Shown here one piece after another: positions 50,017-60,378 of a stretch of 64,000 bases of DNA. Where the stretch lies: contig JBHGNT010000003.1 of assembly GCA_043228905.1 (NCBI GenBank), forward strand, positions 10,788,001 to 10,852,000. Reading direction: 5' to 3'. Made by a program: the position numbers and the translations under genes. How positions within the stretch are numbered: position 1 is the stretch's first letter; the number at the start of each line of letters is the position of its first letter. The stretch comes from Azolla caroliniana. Taxonomy: Eukaryota > Plantae > Polypodiophyta. A model generated the notes under the pieces. That model did not search any database. It was given only the letters and a program-made list of their open reading frames with translations, and was not told the origin of the DNA.

Positions 50017-53000
50017 TGTTGTGTGGTTTTTCCCAAACGATATGAAAACTAGTAAAATAAGTATTTAAGATTAGCTTAATGGATGGATATGGGAAGATAG
50101 ATATCTTCAAGAGCTTCATAACACATTTTTCTACGCATGAAACAGATAAAGAAATATCAAGTTATGTGTGTGTGAAGTTTGAGAAGAAGAGGAAAACAAA
50201 ATTGTATTAAAATATCCCACATAGATAGGAAACTTTAGGATCCATCTATATAACTAGATTGAGAACCCTTAGTTTTTATCTATGTGTTGAGAGCATAAAA
50301 GGAATGGTAGGACTTGGACCAATTTGTCTATATAGAAAAATGTGGCTAAGGAATCTGATAGAGCCGACAACTGGAAATCAGATGTAGCCGGCAACCGGAT
50401 AGAACCGACAATGAAGCCGAGAACCAAAAATTGGATGGAGATGGTAACCGGAAACCGGATGGAGCTGGCAACTGGAAATCAGAAATCGGACGGAGCCGGT
50501 GATGAAGTTGGGAATCGGAACCGGAAATCGACGAACTATCGGACGGAGCCAGTGATGAAGTTGGGAACCGGAACCGACAACCGACAACCTATCGGACGGA
50601 GCCGGTAACCGATAACCGGACAGAGCTGACAATCGGCAACCGGATGGCGACTAAACGAAAACCAGACATGGACCGGACGGATCGGATGGGCGATGATCGA
50701 GATGGACGGATGATAGGATCATGCGGCGAATTAAAGTAAAGTAAAGTAAAGTAAAGTAAAGGTGATGTGGACGCATGCAACTGAAGTTGGAGGGCATGCA
50801 TAAAGTAAAGATCATGTGAAAGGCATGCAAAGAAAAGAGGGAGGCCATGCAACTAAAAGTGCGCATGCAAAGTAACATTGGAAACTATGATCAATGGAGA
50901 ACTCCATATATATTTCATTTTTTTTCCCCACTTTTTCCGCTCTCCATTTTTTTCTTTTCCTTCTCAGCTCCGTTATCTTATCGAAGCAATATCTCTCAAA
51001 AACCCTAATTTTCCTTACGGAAGCTATCTCTTAAAAAGCTTAATTTTCCTTACGGAAGTTATCTCTCACATAAAACCTAATTTTCCTTATAGAAGCTATA
51101 TATCAAAAACCATAATTTTCCTTACGGAACCCATGTCTCTCATATAACCATAATATTCCTTACAGAAACCATATCTCTTGAATAGCCTGATTTCTTTTCT
51201 TATGAAAGCCATATCTCATAAATTTGAAACCTAATTTTCTTATCGAAACCACAAACCCTAAAATTTTCTTATATATTAATCTCTTTAAACCTAAACTTTT
51301 GTAATCCCGATCTTGGGATAGATTGTAAATTTTCTTTCCATTTACTAATAAACTCTATTAAATTTTCTCGTTTATGTTAATTCTTAAAGTATAAACACAC
51401 GAATGTGATATCCTCTGGTCAGTGGCCCAGGGTCCTGCCTCAAGTTCACGCATCCTCGTCGTATTTTAGCGATATCTTTGGTGAACCTGACGTGAAACGA
51501 GGCGGCAGGAGGATATCTCATGGAGGCATATAGATACAAAGTGCCGAAGAGATGCAGTCAATATGAGTTCGACCAATGGATATCATCATTAAAGACCCAC
51601 CAAAGTGCCATGCATGCTTTCATTGAGTTCGAGTGTCACTTTGCACAACTCTCAGAGCAGGATCAAAGATTGGTGGGGTGGATAAAGTCCTAATGTTCGT
51701 GATGTCAATCGATCGGAAGGAAAGGAAGGCCAGGATGCAAATACAAACTACCACCTAAAGAAGAGAGCTTGAAGAGGGAAGGTTTGATGGTATTTGACGT
51801 AGAGGCCTTCATCAACAAGGCATATGAGAATTTAAAGGTGCAAGTCGAGGCCAAAGAGAATCTTATAATGGAACCAAAACCGATTAAAATGGTTATCAAG
51901 GAAGAAAAGACCTCCCAACAAAGGTGGAGTAATGATACAGCCAATACGAAGGCTCAAGTTCGGTACAATAGCACCACAGGAGAAGATGTGGAAAATGACA
52001 CCTTCTGGTCTTGCAAAGAAACAATGATGAAGAATGAAACAAATGAATGGAGGGTGGCGAATGCCACTTCAAGCGAAGACAAATGTTTCGGAACACGCAT
52101 CGTGTCTGAAACATCAAGTGATGAAGGTGCAAGCATGCACAAAGCTTCCATGATCAATGGAGATAAAAAGTGTGAGGTCGACATGATTGAGGAGATAGCC
52201 ATGAAAAATGACATCGAGTCAGAGGTGGCTATGAACGAGTCAATGGTGGATGGCCGTGTCGAACTTGTTCTAGAGACTTGGGCAGATGCATCAAAATGCA
52301 AACATGAGACCCAAGCGACGGAAGGTGGCAGCGAGGAAGTGAAGGTCGAAGCTAACACATGCGAAGAAGAAGGAGATGTCAAGCCTAAGAGGGTAGACGA
52401 TGATCATGAAGAGACTTTCCCCACAAAAGTTCTTGAGACTTCGGCATTAACTGATGTAAGACCCAAGAGACGGAAGGTGGCGGTGAGGAAGCAAAATTAA
52501 AGCCAATGCGAACAACCATAAGGTGGAAGTGGCTAAGGGTAGCACTGCAAAGGCAATGGCAATCTACAAAATCATATAAATCCATCTGCACTCGTTTGAG
52601 AGACTTGGTAATTAACCAATGTAAGACCTAAGAGAAGGACGGTGGAGGCAAGGAAGCAAGGATTGAAGATAGTGCGTGCAACAAGGAAATAAAACGAAGC
52701 ACAGGAACAAAAGTTGATGCTTGCAACAAAGAGCCGAGGAGTAGCACAATAAGGGAAGACAAGGGCCAAGTGGGCCAAATGGATCCAAAAGATGTAATCA
52801 CAAAATCTAACAAGGATGACACTAGCATGGAAGTCATGGTCAACTCCAAAGTATACCACGAAAGTGGAAAAAGTGAGAAGCATGAAATGTGTTCACTTAA
52901 GAACCTCGAGGTGAGCATGCAATTGAAGAATGGACCACTAAGAGTACTCAACAATATTATTTCAATAAGGCCTTTGAAATGCATGCATGGAACAAGAAAG

Positions 53001-54697
53001 GATGATAAAAGAAAGTTAGATGACCAAGGAGATGGTCAAGATGAAGGTGGCACATGCACAAAGCATGAAGCATGGATACCAGCCACAGAAAAGGGAGCCA
53101 TGGATACCAGCCACAGAAATGCAAAGAGTGAACGAAGAATATGGTGGATCAAATGGCAATGGTAGTTCAGGTATAAAGAAGAAACATCGATGAAGTAGAG
53201 TAATCAAAAGCGGAGCCTCACCAAAATTGGCACATACCGGTGGATGTGCAGGTTTGGTGGGGGTGAATATCGTGTGGTTTTTCACACACAATATTAAACC
53301 GGTAAAATAAGTATTTAAGATTAGCTTAATGGATTGATATGGGAAGATAGATATCTTCAAGAGCTTCATAACACATTTTTCTACGCATGAAACGGATAAA
53401 GAAGTATCAAGTTATGTGTGTGTGAAGTTTGAGAAGAAGAGGAAAACAAAATTGTAAGATATCCCACACAGATAGGAAACTTTAGGATCCATCTATATAA
53501 CTAGATTGAGAACCATTAGTTTTTATCTATGTGTTGAGAGCATAAAAGGAATGGTTGGACTTGGTCCAATTTGTCTACATGGACAAATGTGGCTAAGGAA
53601 TTGGATAGAGCCGCCACTGGAAACTGGATGTAGCCGGCAACCGGATAGAACCGGCAACAAAGCCGGGAATCGAAAACTGGATGGAGACGGTAACTGGAAA
53701 CCGGATGGAGCTGGCAACCAGAAATCAGACGCAGTCGGTGATGAAGTTGGGAATTGGCAACCGGCGACCTATCGGACGGAGCTGATAACCGACAACCGAA
53801 CGGAGCCGACAATCAGCAACCGGATAGAACCAACAACCGGATGGCGATGGAACAGAAACTGGAGGCGGACCAGACGGATCGAATGGGCGACTGTCGAGAT
53901 GGACAGATGATAGGATCATGTGGTGAATTAAAGTAAAGTAAAGTAAAGTAAAGTAAAGGTGATGTGGACGCATGCAATTGAAGTTGGAGGGCATGCATAA
54001 AGTAAAGATCATGTGAAAGGCATGCAAAGAAAAGAGGGAGGCCATGCAACTAAAAGTGGGCATGCAAAGTAACATTGGAGACTATGATCAACGGAGAACT
54101 CCATATATATTTCATTTTTTTCCCCACTTTTTCCGCTCTCCATTTTTTTCTTTTCTTTCTCAGATCCGTTATCTTATCGGAGCCATATTTCTCAAAAACC
54201 CTAATTTTCCTTACGAAAGCTATCTCTCATAAACCCTAATTTCCTTACGGAAGCCATAAACCCTAATTTTCTTTACGGAAGCCATATATCTCAAAAACCC
54301 TAATTTTCCTTACGGAACATATCTATCAAAAACCCTAATTTTCCTTACAAAACCCATATCTCTCGTATAACCATAATCCTCCTTACGGAAACCATATCTC
54401 TTGAATAGCCCTATTTTTTTCTTATGAAAGCCATATCACATAATTTTGAAACCTAATTTTCTTATTGAAACCAAAAACCCTAAAATTTTCTTATCTATTA
54501 ATCTCTTTAAACCTAAACTTCTGTAATCCCAATCTTGGGATAGATTGTAAATTTTCTTTCCCTTTACTAATAAACTTTATTAAATTTTCTCGTTTTTGTT
54601 AATTCTTAAAGTATAAACGCACGAATATGATATCCTTTGGTCGGAGGCCCCGGAGTCTTGCCTCAAGTTCACGTATCCTCGTCGTATTTTCGCGAGA
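50017..54697 (+). mobile_element. Pol-less gag-remnant LTR element J: LTRs 50017-51474 and 53268-54697
   Basis: ~1.45-kb paired LTRs. PBS tggtgaacctgacgtga 51479-51495. PPT ggtttggtgggggtgaa before 53268. TSD ACGA/ATGA. EFDQWISSLKTHQSAMHAFIEFECHFAQL..DKVLMFVMSID at ~51565-51715 matches the F gag. Confidence 0.9.
50990..51300 (+). repeat. ~35-bp degenerate tandem repeats with AAACCCTA motif in J LTRs (also 54190-54510)
   Basis: Unit aaaccctaattttccttacggaagc(c/t)atatctctca. Confidence 0.88.
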
Positions 54698-54749
54698 ATG
54701 AGGTATCTAAGCAAGCCAAGGACTATTTACAAATGGGTTATATAAGACA

Positions 54750-55527
54750 GAGAGAGATAGATAGATAGATTATATTATCGTCTTCGGAGGTCAAATATGA
54801 CCTATGAGACCAAAAATATTACATTTCACGTGATACGTGTGAAAGTGAGTAGTGACTCTCGATGTTCAAGAACTTTACCAATGAATGTTGCAATCGACAG
54901 TGCACATTGTGGTTGTGAGAGGAATTCATGCAAGGATTGGGCTTGGTCGAAGAGAAGTGGAAAGCATGGTCGAATATGATCAAAGGCAGAGCATTGTATC
55001 AAAGTGTGATACTCAGACTCGCGAACTTGTTTAGGGCAAAGTGTTCATAGCTGACCACTCTCATCACTTGTGCCCCAACGCCCTATCTCACATCGCAATG
55101 CATGTGAGCTAAGTCGCATGGAAGCAATGGTTCGAATAGCAGAGAACGGTATGGACTCTAACATTTATCGATGTGTATGATTTCCCCGTTCCACAAAGAA
55201 TATGGTTTTGTAGCTAGGTGCAACATGTGTAGTATAATGTGTGAAGCGTGAGCCTCCACATTTGTCCCATGTCATGATACATTGGCGTTGCAAAAAGACC
55301 TCATTTACAGAGGAATCTAATGATGCATCATGAAGCAAGTGTCTCGCGTCCCATCTACCAAACCATTTATCTATATCTTGCATCCAATCGGAACACAAAA
55401 TTTTGCTTTTATGTGTCTTTTGGATCTTTTTGCTTGCTTCCCATGCAATTCTAGGAAGTCGATGTGAGGGACTTTTTTGAATCTTAAGCATGTATTCAAC
55501 TCCCTTTCCATGTCCATGATCTCAATG

Positions 55528-55530
<3 letters not shown>
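54750..55530 (-). mobile_element. 5'-truncated non-LTR retrotransposon (RTE/RTEX-like LINE 3' end) with (TCTA)n tail
   Basis: Minus strand gives HRLPRIAWE.. and ASMRLSSHALRCEIGRW..TLCPKQVRESEYHTLIQC, the C-terminal Cys/His region of LINE ORF2. Microsatellite tail at 54750-54772. Confidence 0.75.

Positions 55531-55580
<50 letters not shown>
55530..55580. repeat. (GA)n microsatellite
   Basis: Directly visible. Confidence 0.97.
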
Positions 55581-55581
<1 letters not shown>

Positions 55582-55586
55582 TATAC

Positions 55587-58500
55587 TGTTAGGACAGAGA
55601 GAGAATTGAAAGGAAAGTATTATATTACACTGTAAGAAGGATTACAGAGAGTAGGCAAAAGAGAGCTATAGAATGGTGTTGAACCAATTTGGTTTTGGTA
55701 TGATTGATAGATCCCTATTTATAAGTCCCTGTAGAGTAATACAGAACACTCTAGAATCTTCTAGGACATTCTAGAGTATAGACTAATCTAGAAGGTTCTA
55801 CTATATAGAACACTCTAGAATATTCTAGGTCATTCTAGAATGTAGAGTGATAGAATATTCTTATGATATTAGATTATATATTCTAATAACCATTCATATA
55901 AGCATATTATTACAATGGTTAAGGATTTGATCTATGTATAACAAGGTCATGGGTTCAAATCCTTTCGAGGCATAATATGAGTGTCATCATGACACTATCC
56001 CCTTTCTTTGACGACACCTCTCTAGGGTCATAGGGTTTGTGGCAGGACTTGGTTTATGAGGATATTGGCGATGAAATTTAGTGACCATGTCCGTGACATT
56101 GGAAAGATTTGATGCAGGTTCCCAAGTTTGACTAATAAATCAAGTAATACAACTTGTTGCGCACGATTTTAGAATCGAGAATGGCTGCAACCTCAAATTC
56201 GGGTCCTTCCAAGAACTCAACAGGTGGTGGGGGAGTTGTAAGATGGCCCAGAATTGAACCTGTGGTGTACGGTTCCAAAAGGGATACATGAAACACCGGA
56301 TGAAGACGCATGTGTGGAGGGAGGCCAGGACGAAATGCAACATCACTTATCTTACCAGTGATCATGTATGGACCAAAACGTTGGTAATCCAATTTACTCC
56401 AAGGCCGAGTGGTCTTGAGGTTGTGGTGGAGAAGCCATACACGATCCCCAACACGAAACTTTTTGGAGTCTAGGCGATGACGATCCACAAGCCTTTTGTG
56501 GGTAAGTTAAGCATCATGCAAATTGTGGACAATGGTAGTGTGAATTTGTTGGAGGCGACTAAGACTTTCCTCAGTGGCAAGGTTGGTAGGAACGTCTGGA
56601 TGTGCATTTATCGTCCACCGAGGATGACAACCCGTATTTGCGAAAAATGGGGAATATCTTGTAGAAGAACGGACTGAGTTGTTGTAAGCGAATTCAGCCA
56701 TGTGCAAAAAATCAACCCAATCATCTTGTTGGTAGTTGATGAAACAACGAAGATATTGCTCCAAAGTCTGGTTGGTAGACTCAATTTGGTCATTAGTCTC
56801 AGGATGATAGCCCGAAGAAAGCTTAGTCAAAATTCGGAGAAGTTTGAACATGTGTTTCCAAAATGTTGAGATGAATTGTGGAGCACGATCACTAATAATA
56901 TCCCCGAAAGACCATGATGCTTAAATACCTCCCGCATAACTAGACTGACCGCCTCTTGACTAGTAATAGACTTTGTACATGGCAAGAAATGTGCCATTTT
57001 GGTAAATCGATCAACCACTGTGAGAATTGCATCAAAGCCTTTTGAAACAGGAAGATCGGGAATGAAATCCAAGGATTTTCCGGAATGGGAAGTGGTTGTA
57101 TTAAGCCATAGGATCGGTGTCGAGGACTCTTTGATCGACAACATGTATCACAATTGTGAACATACTCCTCAACAAAATGACGAAGGCACGAGAGACTAAT
57201 TCTAGAGTTTTGCGAACTCCAAAATGTCTAGCCATTAGTGAGTCATAGCAACGTTGTAAAACTTGTAGTCGTGGGGGACCATTAGGAACATACAATAGGT
57301 TTTGTCAAAACAGAAAACCATCATGCCAATACAACTAACGATAGTCATTACGATGGTTTTTCGACTGCCAGCAAGAAGTGCGATCCAGGATGATATGATC
57401 CAAAACATCCTTGGCGAATTCATCAGCGGCCACATGATCTCAAATGGAATCAAGAACAGTGGAATCATCAAGTGTTGTTATGACATTAACTACCATTAAT
57501 TGTAGGTGATTAGGACCCAAAAGGATTTGCTTTTTATGCTCAAATGTAGGTTCCCCTGGACGAAGTTCCATATAAGAGCGTCGAGAAAGAGCATCCGCTT
57601 TGCCTTGCTGCATCCTAAGGCGATATATGATGACAAAGTTGAAGTGATTCAAAAATTGTGTCCACCGGGCTTGTCGCCGACTGAAGATTCGAGCATTTTG
57701 GAAATATGTTAGGTGCTTATGATCGTTGTAGACAATGATCTGTTGAGAAGAACCTTCTAGAAAATGTCTCCATTGTTGCAAAGAATCAACAATTCCAAGA
57801 AGTTCTTTGTCATGGATCTCGTAGTTGATCTCTGCAGCTTCAAACTTTCGGCAATGAAAGGCGACAGGGTGTAGTTGTCCATCATCTCCAATCTGTGATA
57901 TGACACTCCCTAGTGCAAAATCGGATGCATCAACTTCAAGGATGGCGCATTTTGTTGGATCGACAGGTGCTAAAATAAGTGTCATTGTAAAAGCTCATTT
58001 TAAGCTTCAAATGCTTCGACTACATCTGAACTCCATATTTATGGTTGATTTTTGTGTGTGAGTTGATTGAGTGGAAGCACGACCTTGGAATAATTGTTAA
58101 TAAATTTCCAATAAAAATTTGCAAACCCAAGAAAACATTGCACATCACACACTGAAAGGGGCGGGGTGTCTGCCACTTTAAAATTGCTTGAACCTTCATG
58201 GGGTCCATAGCAATACCATCCGATGATACAACACACCCCAAAATTTCCACTTGATTCTAGCTGAAACTACACTTTTCTAATTTTTCATAGAGACCATATT
58301 CTCGTAATTGACGTAATACTTGACGAACATGTTCATCATGCTCCTCTTGGATCTTCGAGTAGATCAAAATGTCATCTAGGTAAACTATAGTGCAAATATC
58401 GAGAAAATCTCGAAAAATATTTTTTGCCATATGGTGGAAAACTGTAGGCGCATTCGTGAGACCAAATGACATCACAATATACTCAAAATATCCATAGCGA

Positions 58501-60378
58501 GTGCAAAAAGCAGTCTTCCATTCATCCCCTAGACGAATCCAAACTAGATTATATGCACCACGAAGGTCCAACTTCATGAAATTTTTTACTTCAATGGGAC
58601 GTTCCAAAAGATTCGGGATTAATGGTAGAGCATATCTATTCTGGATAGTCACTTTGTTTAACCCTCGATAATCCACAACCAACCAAAGAGACCCATTCTT
58701 TTTCTTAACAAAGAAGATAGGTGCACCGGCAGGGGATCTAGAATGTTGAATGAATCTGTTTGCCAGATTCTCGTCGATATATTCCCGCAAAGTCTCTAGC
58801 TCTATAAGGGAGAGATTATAAATTGGGTCCCATGGAGGTTCCTTCCCTGGTTGTAAGTCAATAGGGAAATTGTATGGCCAATGCTTCAACAATGTATTGG
58901 CCTTCACCTTATCAAAGACATCTGAGAACTCTTTGTATTTCTTTGGTAGTTTAATGTCCACTTCATGTAAGGTGGATGATGGAGTTGCTACTATTGCGAA
59001 TACGAATATGTCCTCGTTCCCCCCTTCCTCACATAACTGACATAGAGAGATGGTTGATAACTTATGGGATCTAGTATCAAATGTCAGAGATTTGAGGGAT
59101 ACTAGCTTTGTTCTTGTTTCCTAGGTGTCCTCAATTGTTCTTTTCATCCAATCAATCTTCAGGTTATGGAGTTCAAACCAAGGGAGACCTAGAAATATTG
59201 GGTGTTCCGAACTGCGAATAATGTTGAAAGAGATTATGCTTGCCAAATCACCAAGAACTATACAAATTGGCTTAGACTCTTCAACTATATCACCTAATGC
59301 TATGGGACGGCCATCAATGACTCCTACGGCTACTGGGTCTGGGAGCTTATTCAAGAGGATGTTTTGTAACAATGCAAATTCACAATCCATGAAACAAGAG
59401 TTGACTCAAGAATCTAGGAGGGCAGAGCCTAAGACTCGATGGCATGTAGATGTGGTAAGCTTGACTTGTGGAGAAAAAACTCTACTCACTTGATTTGATG
59501 AAATGGAACCACGACTAGGAACTAACTCTACATAACTATGATGGTCCAACCAAATGGCTCCTATTTTGGCCGGACATACTCATTTAACACATCCTCTAAT
59601 TGGCTCAAGACATTGAATCTATTCTCATGGCATGGACTATTAGGCTTACTTATGCTATTAGAAGTAACAATGGAACTTGAAGTAGGGTTGTCATGTACAT
59701 TTACTTAGTATACTTGACGTCTCGTTTATGTGGACAATTCACGACAATATGTCTTGGACCACCACAATATAGGCATAGGTGGTGTGCTTGACGTTGTTGC
59801 TTCACAGCATCTAATAAAGGCCCTCAACGTTGTGTTGACTCTATTTCCATCGGAGTTGGGCCGTCTCTTGTAATGGGTCTAGAAACTTGTGGAGGTGTTG
59901 CGACTACAAAAGTGTAAGTTTGTTCTGGTTGGTGACGTAACATTTGTTAGAGCTCAAAACGTCGCTCAAATAGGTGATTATCACATCGCACGGCTCGACT
60001 AATGGCCTCTGTAAGAGACTTCGGATCTTCATGGAAAGTAAGAAGAATATCTTTGACATCATTAAGCAAACCTTGACGGAATTGATCTATTAAGGCCGCC
60101 TCATCCCAAGGGATATCGCATGCCAAGAGATAGAAATCAGTTGCGTAAACCGACACGGGATGATCTCCTTGTCGGAGCCTTCGAATCTTGTTTATCGTCG
60201 TCCTAGTGTTGTCGGTGTCTCCGAAACTAGCTTGAAACTCCTTAACAAATGTCTCGAAATAATCTAGCAATGGTGATTTATTCTCGAGGAGTGGTGCAAA
60301 CCATGCTAATGTCGTACCGCATAGCAAGGTTCCCACTAACCCCACACAAGTAACATCAGTTGGGTACCGATTGGTTGA
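55587..60378 (-). mobile_element. Tcn1-like chromovirus K, 5'-truncated: 3' LTR 55587-55994, disrupted gag-PR-RT-RH-INT-chromodomain
   Basis: LLCGTTLAWFAPLLE..LRQGDHPVSVYATDF (gag), CLYCGGPRHIVVNC, SPAGAPIFFVKKKNGSLWLVVDYRGLN..VYLDDILIYS, VDASDFALGSV, EFEVAAILDSK (chromodomain). PPT rc ctatcccctttct after 55994. Confidence 0.9.
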
